A stretch of DNA of 49,846 bases, counting the filler, from Jimgerdemannia flammicorona (lineage: Eukaryota), in assembly GCA_003990765.1 (NCBI GenBank). It is 2 parts of 2 records of this genome, joined end to end, with 100 filler letters (N's around TTAATTAATTAA, not from the genome) between each part and the next. Parts side by side here need not be neighbours in the genome. Positions count along the whole stretch, not along the records: positions 24,976 to 49,846 come from RBNJ01000909.1; 1 more part is not named here. The stretch is one strand, 5' to 3'. The notes under the pieces are model-generated. The model was given only the letters and a program-made list of their open reading frames with translations. It was not told the DNA's origin and ran no database searches. The position numbers and the translations under genes were made by a program. Below, in pieces: positions 33,871 through 45,571 of the stretch. The first letter of the stretch is position 1. The number at the start of each line of letters is the position of its first letter.

Positions 33871-35117
33871 TGTAACGTACCCAGGTCAATGGAGGCAAAT
33901 TACAAGGTTGGGGGTTGATGTAGTTTGGCTTGAGCCCCCAGTTACTTTGTCAAAAAGCAATAAAATGTTCTAAGATTCCTGAGGTCCTTGGTGTTTAGTG
34001 GTATAATAGTCAAAGCTGGATATCTGCAAGCGATTTGTATGTCGATTTCCTAATTTGGACAGTTCTCTGGGTATAGTAGCGATTTGTGTGTGAATGGGTT
34101 TCCTTCTCGGGTCAACTGAGAATTGGTAGAATTCGTATATAGTACAACAGGTTCCTTATTTGGGTCAACTGGGAATGCCACAATTTGTGTAGCATGATGA
34201 TCTCTGTGTGACAGTCTGGCAATTCAGCAGTTCTCCTTCTTGAGTAACAGGTGATCTCTGTATAGCACAATGATCTCCAAAAGTATGCAATTTTTGGCAG
34301 ATGACTCGATTTGGCTCACTGGGAATAATGAATAACTTGGCAGTGGATAATTTGGATAACTCAGATAACTTGGATGTTGTGGGTTCAGTTTCAACTGGGA
34401 ATACTACTCAGATGGTGCGGGTTCTCTGAGAATGCAGATAACTCAAAAATAGCAGATGACGCGGATTCTCCAGAATCAGTGGGCTTCTGGGTAATAACTT
34501 GGATGGCATGGATTCATCTGAATTGGCGGCTCTTCTGGGAATACAATGGCGCAGATTCTTCCTGAATCAGTGGCTTCAACTGGGAAACAGTGGTGAAGTT
34601 CTTCCTTGAACTTGGGTGGCAAATCTTCAGACTTATCTGGCAAGTGAACCAAAAACGGACGTGTTCTTTGTATCCAAAAGTGGACTGGAGTGGAAAAGAA
34701 GAGAACCAAGCTCACAACTTCTTGGCAGTGGCTCGTTGACAGGCATATCTCTTAAGTGTTGCAATCCTTTCTGGATCAAGTGGCTTTTGGCAGGCATTTC
34801 TCCTAAGTGTACCAGACAATTGACTTTTGTTTTGGTTTGTGTTCAACTTTTGGACTGAGGTTTATTCACTCTTGTCTCTGGAATAATTTATACAAGTTGG
34901 TTGCTATCTGGTTACTATGTGGCTAATTATAGATTTGCTACCTATGGCAGATATACAGAGTCTGTATGGTGTACAGAGTCTGTATAGGTAAACAGACTCA
35001 TTCTGGTATGTCTGGCTATTTATACAGTTTCCGCAGCAATGGTTGCTGGTTACTATACTGTGTGTTCATGTCACCTGGCTAAGATATAATTCAGGTAGTA
35101 CGTTTTGGTTTATTACA
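33871..35117 (-). repeat. Gypsy-B 5' LTR (1247 bp)
   Basis: TGTAAC...ATTACA termini, adjacent PBS, and homology to 25429-26307, 48690-49360 and 49657-49846. Confidence 0.92.
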
Positions 35118-38100
35118 ATATATATATATAAAATTATAGAATAGAATAAGTATGGGTGAGAGGGAAGTAATTTGGCAAGCAGTAAAATGAGATGAATAAA
35201 ACAAATATGAAGAGTGGAGGTTCAAGCAATCAAACTAAAATAAGCATCAAAGGGGAATATATAGATTACTTTATACTATATCATCTCGTTCCATACTAAG
35301 TCAAGTAGTGTAGCATCTAAAACTGATATACCAATGAGCATTATAAGACCTCTATGTCTGCCCTAACCTAATAACTACAAGTAACTACCACCCAATCCTA
35401 ACCTGGTAGCTATAAGTAACTACCTGTTATATATCCATTGACCAGTAATCTCACTAGATATTAAAAATTCAATATCTCTATACAACTAACTCACTCTCAA
35501 ATATATTATATATGATAAATATATATATATATATATATATATGTCTTATTTGAGAAGTTCCTAAAAGAAAAAAGGGCTATAAATGGAATGAGTAGTAAAT
35601 TCAGCCCAAATAAATATCCTAAAGAGAGATAAAGAGAGAAGGTAAAAGAAATAATAGAAGGAGTAGCAGAGATATACCAAAAGGAAAAAGATAGTATAAG
35701 TGATACAGGGTGAACTAGAGTGATATATAGTTTGCTCAGAAAGAGATAAACAAGTAGTGTGGTAGAAAGGCAACAAGTGTTTATAAAAAGTGGTAAAAAG
35801 AGAGAGAGGGTAATATGTTGTTAGCCAGCTCCTTTCTCTGCTATCTTACCAGTCACAAGGTTTGGTAGGTGACCTTCTGAGTTGCCTTTTCCCTATTATT
35901 ACCCCCTCTATCTTGGGTTGGTTTGCTGTGCCTACAGGGGCATAGTGGGAGGAGAGCAATAGTGATGAGTTGCCCCTTTATCAGTATCAGAGCAGTGTCT
36001 TCTCCACTTTTTTGCAGATTCTGGTGCCTTCAGCTATGTCTGGGGTGTACCAATTTTGGTGCAGCACCTTCTTTCTTTTGCTGTCACCAACAAGGTATTG
36101 TCTCAGTATATCATAGGTTACATAGGGAGTCAGCTGACCTTGGGCATCAAGTGCCCAGTGTAGGTTACCTACAGGTCCTCAGTGCCTGTAGTGGGGCCCT
36201 CTGGCTTTGGCAAGCTTCTTGGTGAGCATGGTTCTGGTGTAGGTGACTATTTTTCAGATGTTATCAGATGGGAGGAGAGATGGCCATCACAGATAAGTGG
36301 AAGAGCGATTACAGTAAACCAGTAGGGTGTCAGGCTGGGGGTGGTCATCAGGGCTGGGGTGGGTACTGCTTCAGTGGGGCCTTTTGATTGGTGTAGAGTA
36401 GTTAGGTCATAGGTGTCACTCTTGGCTTCTTTTGGTGATTTGGCAGGTTGGGCCCCAGTCATTGGGGGGCCCGAGGCTACCCATTTTAGGTGTCTTGATG
36501 GCACTCAACTGGAACTGAAAGCTGACATAGCAATGTGATCAAGGCCCACAAGCTTGAGTAGTGGGGTATTGAGGATCTCCTCCTATCTCACATGTAAGTC
36601 CTCTACTTACCTTATCTGGGAGAACTAGGCCCTACCCACCATAATGTACTTTGATGAGAGTTTTTTCTTTTATTGTCATTCTCTTTAGGGTGGTAGGGGC
36701 TATTCTATTTGGCTCAGGCATGGCCTTATATATACATTGGGGTCTCGGGCATGTGCTTTCAGTTGTTAGTATATGGCTGAGTTTCCCATAGTGGTAGGGA
36801 GAGCATGGTGTATAGAATGAGATGCAGGCCAATATAGGTCCTGCTGTACCTGGTATGGTTAAGCTGCTGGACAATAGCTAGCCTAGGTTAATGGGGGAGC
36901 AGTGCTTGATGGGTAGTAGGGGAGGGTTTTGGCCTATATAGTCTAGGTTCCCTTCTAATAAAAATCTCAAGGACTCTGAGTCTATATAAAAAAAAAAAAA
37001 AAAAAAAAAAAAAATATGTTGTTAGCCTGAAAGGAAGACATGTAATAGCATGGTGAAAAAGAGGTCAGGGAGAGCAAAGCAGCAGTAAGAGGGTGAGGCT
37101 AATGAGTGGTCAGCTTATACTAATGGTGTATATATATATGGTGTAAGTGAAGCAAGGGCAGTTGTGATAGAAGAGTAGGGAGTAGCAGAGAGGTGATGAG
37201 TAGTCAGCTTAAGAAAGGAGTATACATATGGTACAGAAGAGAGAATGATAGAGATAATAGAGAATTAGAGAGAAAGCAAATATGAGATAGGTACATATGT
37301 ATGTAAATATAAGAGTGAAATACATCACTTGTCCAATAGTCCAAAACCTGAATCTCATGGTCTGATAGCCTGACTGCTGCAGTATCCAAGGCAGCACCAA
37401 TCTGAAAACTATACCTAGTGTAAGTGAGGGTCAAGACCAATGTAGAGTAAAAGAGAATATAAATAATTGATCAGCCACTGGTGAGAGAATACATGCTGGC
37501 TGGATAATGAAAATAAAGATATATAATCAGCTGTCAGGAAAGAGAGATAAAGGTATTAAAGGAGAAAAATGATACAGAGCAAGTCTGGGGGGGGGCCAGG
37601 GAATGTGGATAGAGATACCATGATAAAAAGGGTCAGTTTTGGAGAAGGGGAGCATCAGAATGATATAAGAGAGATTGGCAATGGAGGGATGGAAGATAAT
37701 ACAGCCCTGAGAGGTATATTTGAGGGGGTCAAAGGTGTGGTTCCATGTGATCTTACCTGGTCTGAGGAAACCAAAATATGCAAGAGTGATAGCAGTGGTG
37801 AACATAAGATCAGGAGCATCACAACTCAACCAGAGGTGTGGAAGGAGTCATTGAAGACAGGAGGATATCCAAGGAGGTCGAGAACAAATGGGCTGGGTGT
37901 CTAACCATCATTTGACACCATGCAAAACCCTTGGAAGTTACTGGAGACCTAGTAAGGGGTCTGGTAGGCTGGAGTCAATGTGTAGAGACCAGACAGTGGA
38001 AAGATACTTCTTGATGGTAGCAGGCATAAGCTGATGGAGAGCCAATGAACCAACTAATTGCATTAGCACCAGCTCAGATGTGGGGAGGGCAGGTTGGTCA

Positions 38101-38340
38101 GTGGGAGTGTGGAGGGCACAGAAGTGGAAAAAATTCTGCTGGCCAGAGGAGTACGTCCAATGCATAGATCTTGCCAGGCTGAACCAAAGGAAGAAGGCCA
38201 TGAGGGGTGGAAGGGGGGCATGGCCATAGATCAAATTGGCATTGGGAGAGGCTGTGCAAGAGGGGCGAGAGAGCGGAAATGGATGAGGTCAGCATGTGAG
38301 AGGGTGTTGGCTATGCCGTTATCTTGAGAAGAGATGAAAA
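35118..38340 (-). mobile_element. DIRS/Ngaro-type tyrosine-recombinase retrotransposon fragment (RNase H tail + YR), interrupted by the 1.2-kb retroposon
   Basis: RNase H C-terminus DNGIANTLSHADLIHFRSLAPLAQP (38233-38340), followed by YR: TIKKYLS, LAYFGFLRPGKI, LPFSKTDPF and YTRYSFQIGAA...IQVLDYWTSDVFHSYI (decayed GHSFRIGAA...GRWxS..F..YI). The left boundary is uncertain. Confidence 0.85.
35827..37012 (+). mobile_element. Non-autonomous ~1.2-kb poly(A) retroposon, copy 2, 15-bp TSD
   Basis: AATAAA followed by an A-run from 36988. TSD AATATGTTGTTAGCC at 35812-35826 and 37013-37027. Same 5' start as copy 1. Confidence 0.9.
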
Positions 38341-40088
38341 CCTCAGTAGTTAATGCACATATGAAGACTTCCATCCTTCTTAGAAACAAAAAGGGTTTGA
38401 ATCATTGCCATTGTCATCATAACTACTACAACATTTGGAGTGCTTAGGCGGTTTTGTGATCACAATTGGAATCGGGGGCATCGATGTCGTAGATTGGAGG
38501 GAGATGGATTTATGCTCAGGCTGTTGCGACTGCTTGATTCCTTATGTTGTCGGAGTGTGCGGTCTTCGTTGTGCCAAGAAGAGCGCACATGACATTACGA
38601 TCCTTGCATCGCATGGTCATATTCAGAGCCATTTTAGTACGGCAGGTCGGTTTTGGTAATATCGATCTAAACAGATTGATGACGTACTCTAGAACACGTG
38701 ACTGTGAATTGTCGGGTGACCTTGCGGAAGCGATTTGGCAATTCCAGTCGTACGATCGGTTTTATGTGTCTTGTTAAGAGAAAATCGATGGACGTGAATT
38801 CGGTAGCACTGCTGCGCGAAATAAATCCGATTATAAAGGTTTCGAGCATTTTACTCATCACATATAATTTGATAAAAAAGAGCAAACGTTGCATTGCTGG
38901 TACCGTAAAAGCTTTCGTCCCGTTTATTGGTGTGTTCGATTTGCTTTAAGGAAACGTCGGATTGATTCCGCGTGAGCGAGATGTAATTCCGACGTTCAAA
39001 TCAGGAAATTTCCAAACGCGAAACACTGCCACTATTTACATCGTCCAATAAACTTTCTCAGAACTATATCACAAAAGTACAGCACCTACATTTCATACCA
39101 GAAACGTACTTGAAGTGTAGAGTATGGTTAAGTACTGTATTATTATTATGTGTACGGAGCTGAGAAAATTCATTGAACAATGGCAAAATCGGCTTAGATG
39201 ACGCACATGTCTGTTTCCTCTTTATATCCTAAAACTTGTGGACATCATCCTTGAGAAAATCTTGGGATACCCCAAGCGTCCCCGAATCTCCCGCCAAGCG
39301 CCTGCTCAGACACCCGTTTGTGTCATTTACCTTGTACGAAATCCAATTCAATTCTATGGATGTATCGCCCGGCGCTAACGACCGGGACAAAATGTATTGT
39401 TCCCATGTAGATTGCCCGCGAGCGTTCTTCCCATCTCTTGCTACTCTAATAACTGTTTATCTGATAAGCGTGTCATTTTGTCAGTCGTATTAATAGGTTT
39501 TGAATATTTAGCAGAACATACACTCCAGCTTCGCTTCATAGTCCACCTGTACCTTAGGTTATATTGTCCCTTGGTATTTGGGGTCTGTGCGGGCGAATGC
39601 TTCGAAATTATTTCTCGCACACTGTTCCAGTTTCACATATTACGCTCTCGAATCTACATATTTTATCAATAAATACATCGTTACTGAGACCCTATCGTTT
39701 ATAATGGTCAAACGCGCAGTTAAGCGTTCCTGGTCTAGCACGTATGACACGGCAACCGTGAGACACATAGAGATTCAATTGAATTGAGTCATGTTAAACG
39801 GGATATTTAGGAGCTTTTTGTAATTCACTTCACTCCACCAAGGAAGAAACTATATAAAGCTTACCATATAAAACCATATTTATTTAATCTTATAGCATAC
39901 AATCTTATAAATTATAAATTATGTTTTACATATCTCATGTGCATAAATTTTGAAAATTTTACCTCATAATTTCTACATTTCGTACTCTTGTATTAAATCA
40001 TATAAATTAATGCATATAAGTAATCATATGTTTTTTCCGTAGAGGGTTGATGGCAAAGTCGACATGTAGGTCAAGAGCTGTCTTACTT

Positions 40089-40496
40089 TTACTTATGACA
40101 TATTTTACCAAGGTGTTTACAACGTGTGCAGGGCATTCCTCGACAACCTTTCTTGTCCTTCGCGCATTCGAAACACCGCTTTCCGGGTGAGTTCCTTTTT
40201 GTGGTCCTGCCGGTAACATGAATGCGACAACGCCTCTTCTTCTTCAAACAGTCTGGACATTCCTTATACGGAATCGTCCTGGGAATGAAGGTTGTTGAGA
40301 TTTCGGTGGTCGTCTGTTGGGTGAAATTCTCTCTTGGCTTCGACGTTGTGTGATTATTTGCATCCCCATTTGGGAAGTTGCCGACGTAGGCTTCGGAGAT
40401 GAAACGAAGGTCGGGAGTAGGTCCACCGGTTGAGGCGCCGTTCGGCATTCTGTTGTCAAATGACTTCGACATAATATGTTCTTGAAGAGAACCCAT
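40089..40496 (-). CDS. Small protein or exon with a CCCH module plus a Zn(II)2Cys6-like cluster (putative DNA-binding); open copy of a 3-member tandem family
   Basis: CPDCLKKKRRCRIH-x14-CFECAKDKKGCRGMPCTRCKHLGKIC (C-x2-C-x6-C-x4-C-x2-C-x6-C). A pyrimidine tract with CAG just upstream and a GTAAGA just downstream suggest it may be an internal exon. Confidence 0.7.
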   Translation of the reverse strand: MGSLQEHIMSKSFDNRMPNGASTGGPTPDLRFISEAYVGNFPNGDANNHTTSKPRENFTQQTTTEISTTFIPRTIPYKECPDCLKKKRRCRIHVTGRTTKRNSPGKRCFECAKDKKGCRGMPCTRCKHLGKICHK

Positions 40497-41478
40497 ATTC
40501 CCTTCTGGGAAAATAAAATACAGAGAGGAGAGAAGGAGGCATCCTACACGAATTGATAGAGGATTAGCAACTTTCTTAAGAATTTGACAGGGTAAGCGAT
40601 CAGAGAGCTGGGGGGCTGGTTATCTGTTGCGTCTATAATTAGAAATATATTTGTCAATAAAATTAAGTTTTGACCCCATTACTCCAATGAGTGCTATTGG
40701 CTAGAGAGACATTTTGCCAAATATGTGTTATTTAAGCTTCTAATGGTATATGCCACAGAAGAAATGTTAAAGAGTGGCCACCCTGATCAATGCCATTCAC
40801 AGGTTCGTGATATGACCAAAATTTTCTTTTCCAAATTTACCATATAGTAATTTTTAGAGTTTCTTCGTTGCATTCACATACGCAAAATAAAACTAAGTGG
40901 AAAATTCGGATACGACTCCCGCGAACACGAGGCTTAATAAAAATCAGAAACGGTCATTATACATACCTGACTATAGAGAAAGCAACACCGTTAAGCCTCA
41001 CTCCATTTCGAGTCAACTCGCAGGATCGACGCCGGATATGGCAGTGGCTCGAGTCATGAGGTACCAATTTACGTGAAGGAAAGAGACTCTGCAAGAGTAT
41101 GATCTTTGTTGTGTTAGATTTGCTTAAATGAGGCGAATCCAACGAGCTAAAGAATCTAAAGTTCGATATGTTTTCATCTAGTTATACAATTTCAAAGTTT
41201 AATTTAAATTTCGAAATAGAATCGGATCGGCGGGTTGGGTCATTGGTCGGGTAGGGTAGTAGCTCTACCTGCTCCTGAATTTCCTTGTCCGAATTCCGCA
41301 TCCCTCACCCGAAATCTGCAGGATGACGATGTTGATAATGTGTTGTATAATTAATGTGCCTGGAACAAACCAGAACAAAAAATTTCAGGTTGACCAAACT
41401 GAACCGAAGATAACAAGTTCTGCTCAGTTTAAATCCCCGTTCTACTCCTTCGCTAACCCACCCGCTACCAACGGCCAC

Positions 41479-41517
41479 CCGTGAATACCAGACCGTGAAT
41501 ACCAGGCCGTGAATACC
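41479..41517. repeat. 14-bp tandem repeat x3 (CCGTGAATACC core)
   Basis: CCGTGAATACC at 41479, 41493 and 41507. Confidence 0.8.
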
Positions 41518-43056
41518 GAGCCGGAGATGATAATAGATTGGATGAGTAAATCATCGTATGTGTATTTGGGCATGAGGAAAGTTTCTGTCTCGAATGCGTT
41601 GCATCGGTCAGTTCGAAGAACCCGACATACAAGAGATGTACAAATAGCGAGGTGGGTGGGAGTGAAATGTATGGTGACGACGATTGAGCGTAAGGGGAAG
41701 ACAAGTGGATTCCGTGCTATACATATATATAGAGATTGCTAAATCGGGTAAACGTGTCTTTAGCGTGCTATCCCTTCGGGATCCCTTCAACTTAAAATAG
41801 ATTTTGACTAATTTGGCAAGATTTCATCACAGCGAATCGGTAGCACTGCTTGCGCGAAATGAATCTGATTGTTATGGTTTCGAGCATTTTATTCATTGCA
41901 TATACATTGATAAGAAAAGAACAAACGTTGCATTGCAGGTACCGCAGAAATCTTTGTCCCGTTCATTGAGGGGTTCGATTTACGGTCGGATTGATTCCGC
42001 CCGAGCGAGACGGAATTCCAACGTTCGAATCAGTAAATATGGGGGCGGCAATCTCCAAACGCGAAACACTAAATTGTCTCCTAACTATATCACAAAAGTA
42101 CAGCACCTATTTCATACCAGAAATGTACAAGAAATGTAGAGTATGGTTGAGTACTGTATTATTATGATGAGTACGGAACTGAGCAAATTCATTGAAAAAT
42201 GTAAAAATCGGCTGAGATGACGCGCATGTCTGTTTCCCCTTTATATCCTAAAACTAGTGAACATCAAGTTCGAGAAAATCTTTGGATACCCAAGCGTACC
42301 CGAATCCCCCGCCGAGCGCCCACTCAGACACACGTTTGTGTCATTTACGTTGTACGAAATTCAATTCAATTCTATGGATGTATCGCCTGGCTGGGACAAA
42401 ATATGTATTGTGTTCCCATGTCGATTGCCCGCGTGCGACGGTTATTCCTATCTCTTGCTACTCAAATAACTGTTTGTCTGATAAACGTGTTATTTTATCA
42501 GTCATATTAATAGGTTTGCATATTTAGCAGAACATACACGCCAGCTTCGCTTCAAAGTCCGCTTGTACCTTAGGTTATATTGTCCCTTGTCATTTGGGGT
42601 CTGTGCGGGCGAATGCCTTCAAAAGTATTTCTTGCACACTGTTTCGACATTACATATTACACTCTCGATACTACATATTTTATTAATAAAGACATCATTT
42701 TTTCCGTCAACGGAAACCGTTTGTAATGGTCAAACACGCAGTTAAGCCTTCCTTGTCTTACACGTATGACACGGCAACCGTGAGACAGCCTGTGTCACAT
42801 ACAGATTCAATTGAATTAAGTCATGTTAAACTAGTTATTTAGGAGCTATTTGTAATTCACTTCACTCAGTCAAGAAATGATCTGCATAAAGCTTACAAAT
42901 TATAAATTATATCTTACACATGTCAATGCATAAATTTCATCATAATTTGTACATTTCATACTATTTTAAATCATATAAATTCTTGTATATAAACAACCAT
43001 GTAGTTTTGGTTCGTAAAGGGTTGGTGGCAAGTCGACATTTCGGTCAACAGTTGTC

Positions 43057-43466
43057 TTACATTTCATTATGACAAATTTTACCAAGGTGTTTACAACGTG
43101 TGCAGGGCATTCTTTGACAGCCTTTCTTGTCCTTCGTGCATTCAAAACACCGTTGCCGGGAGAGTTCCGTTTTGTGGTCCTGCCAGTAACATGAATGCGA
43201 CAACGCCTCTTCTTCAAACAGTCTGGGCATTCCTTATACGGAATCGACCTGGGAATGAAAGGTGTCGAGATTTCGGTGGGCGTTTGTTAGGTGAAATTCT
43301 CTCCTGGCCTCGACGTTGCGTGATTAAATACATCCCCATTTGGGAAGTTGCCGATGTAGGCTTCGGAGGTGAAACGAAATTCGGGAGTAGGTGCACCGGT
43401 TGAGGCGCCGTTCGGCATTCTGCTGTCATATGGCTTCGATATGCTATGTTCTTGCATGGAACCCAT
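43057..43466 (-). pseudogene. Second copy of the CCCH/Zn2Cys6-like gene, with a premature stop and a frameshift
   Basis: CAA>TAA at 43287-43289 (ENFT* versus ENFTQ). A 1-nt deletion at ~43153 lies between CPDCLKKRRCRIH and CFECTKDKKGCQRMPCTRCKHLGKIC. Confidence 0.82.
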
Positions 43467-44109
43467 ATTCCCTTCTGGGAAAATAGAATATAGGCGGGGG
43501 AGAGAAGGGGGCATCCCATACGAACTGATGTTGTGGAAGAGAGGATAATAACTTTTCTTGGGACTTTAACGGGGTGTGCGATCAGAGAGCGTAGGAAGTG
43601 CGTAGGGGCTGGTTATCAAAGTTCTGGTGGTACGGTCATATGGTTGCTTCCGAGTGTCATTGGTGCCTGCGGTATGTGTCAATAAGTAAAAATAGTTTTG
43701 TCAATAAAAATTAAGATTTTGGCCCCATTACTCCAATGAGTATCATTGGAAGGCTAGGGATAGATTCTGCCAAGTATGTGTTACTTAAGCTTCTATCATT
43801 ATATGCTACAGAAGGAATGCTAAAGAGGGGCCACCCTGATCAATGTCCTTAACAGACTCGTGCTATGGCTAAAATTTTCCAAGTCCCAATTCACCATAGA
43901 GTAATTTTTTAGAGTTTCTTCATTGCATTCACACATGCAAAATGATACAAAGTGGCAAATTCGGATACGACTCCCGCGAACACGAGGCTTAATAAAAATC
44001 ATAAACGCTCATTATACATACCTGATTTATAACAGGATCGACGACGGATATGGCAGTGGCCCGGGTCATGAGGTCAAATTTTATGTACCCCGAATGCCGG
44101 CCATTACTA

Positions 44110-44593
44110 CCGTTTTTTTCCGTCAACCCGATTTTTTCCACCACTGGATTATTTTTCAGAGGATGCACCAATTGCATTATTTTTAGTCTTTGTGGATCGT
44201 CCCACCTCTGGACCTCTCCTCAGCCCATTCCATCCATATTGACAATGACAACAACGACGACAATGGCGAAACGGCAACGATGATCTTCATCCATTTATAA
44301 TCCTTCATTTATCCATTGTGAAATCCAGATTGGATATCGTGAGCGAAAAGGTGTATTATTTGAGCTTCTAAGAACGGTTATTGGGGTCGGAAGTTTGTTC
44401 CATTGTGTTGAAGTTCAAATTTATATATATGTATGTAAGGCAAAGAAAAAAAAGACGTGAACACAGCCATGCATTTTATCAACAAAGATAGCGATGATCC
44501 ACAAAGACTAAAACGGACGTGATGGGTGCGGTAAAAACTCGTCCTCTGAAAAAATCCAGTGGTGAAAAAAATCAGGTTGAGGGAAAAAAACGG
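44110..44593. mobile_element. MITE with ~55-bp terminal inverted repeats, Tc1/mariner-pogo-like
   Basis: CCGTTTTTTTCCGTCAACCCGATTTTTTCCACCACTGGATT...CAGAGGA (44110-44163) is the inverted match of 44542-44593. It is flanked by TA on the left and TG on the right (likely a mutated TA TSD). No coding capacity. Confidence 0.75.
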
Positions 44594-45571
44594 TGGGGCT
44601 ATAAGGTATCCCTATAATTGGAATGGGTCGAATGTTCACAATGCACAGAATTCCACGCTCAGCCCGCCATAAACGGGACAAGATTTTCGCGGTGCTCACA
44701 ATACAAGGATATGAGGCGAGGAAAATGCTAAAATTGTCGCGATCAGGAAAATGAACCGGTTTAATTCATACAGCAGTGCTTCCCCACCAATCACAACCTG
44801 ATCCCAGTCACGCCAATCTGGGTACAAACGACAACACCGACCGACGCGGGAGCTCGGACAGAGTGTGACCGGGCGCTGTAATAAATACACTGGGCTATCA
44901 AGTGATATTCCCTATTTAGTTTTATGTCCTCACTGTGTCATATGGTGCAATTCTTTTGGATGATAAAATTCTCTCAAGTCCATCAACTGTAGCAAGTGGT
45001 TAAACAACACTCAATTATTAAGAATTGCAATGGCTTCAAATCGGGTTTGTGATTGGCCGGATTGCATAGTCATTTTTTTGGTATATATTTTTAATCTCCG
45101 CATCACGCGACAATATTCCCAATAACTTTTGGACATCAAACACATTTCCAATGGCAACATTACAACACAAACAACCCTTCTCGTTTGGAGTCAAGTCAGG
45201 AGATCAATCCGACATATATTCTTCGAAGTCAGACGACCAACTTAGAGCAAAGTAGGCGAGACACGACGAACCATGAGGGTCTGGCGTTCAACCAATGTCA
45301 CATAAAGATTGAATTAAATCGAGTCTCGTTCAAATGAATATTTAGATGCCACTTCACTAGTCAAAAAAGGATAGGCATAAAGCTTCACAATATCAAGTTC
45401 TGAATTTAAGCTATACTATACTAACTAATTAACTATATTTTTAATTTCGATATACATATAAATAAAATCAGAGATTGTCATAATCTACTGATTTCACACT
45501 ATTCTATAAATTCAAGCATGTTGAATAATCATTTGGTGAAGTATATAAATTTGAGATCAATGATTGACTTA

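Larger units (their letters stand above)
25429..35117 (-). mobile_element. Near-complete Ty3/Gypsy LTR retrotransposon family B (gag, PR, Cys/His spacer, dUTPase, RT, RNase H, IN, ORF3), inactivated by stops
   Basis: Two LTR copies and a PBS. Gag LPTFTG with zinc knuckle CFHCGQFGHYATEC (32413-32454). Protease ILIDTGA (~31750). dUTPase at 29744-30120. RT motifs FGLCNAPSTF and VYIDD. RNase H YIDASK and TDHAALKWL. Integrase CDTCQ, SDQDTEF, YPQTNGMTER and WERPY. Confidence 0.95.
38760..44095. repeat. Tandem segmental duplication, two ~2.3-kb units (~38760-41080 and ~41830-44095), with a more diverged third unit from ~45250
   Basis: Collinear matches such as GGTAGCACTGCT, CACAAAAGTACAGCACCTA, CCCAAGCGT-CCCGAATC, CACGTATGACACGGCAACCGTGAGACA, the Cys-rich gene, and GGATATGGCAGTGGC. 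Confidence 0.9.

Noticed and set aside
35361..35405. CCCTAACCTAA telomere-like motif
   Set aside because: Too few units, and internal to a TE region.
35960..36840. Hammerhead core (GTGATGAG) or a long decayed ORF in the 1.2-kb retroposon
   Set aside because: Both copies have GTGATGAG rather than CTGATGAG, with no paired GAAA arm. The best frame still has several stops and no recognisable motif.
37300..38200. Crypton DNA transposon or phage integrase
   Set aside because: An RNase H C-terminus lies directly upstream, indicating a DIRS/Ngaro retroelement.
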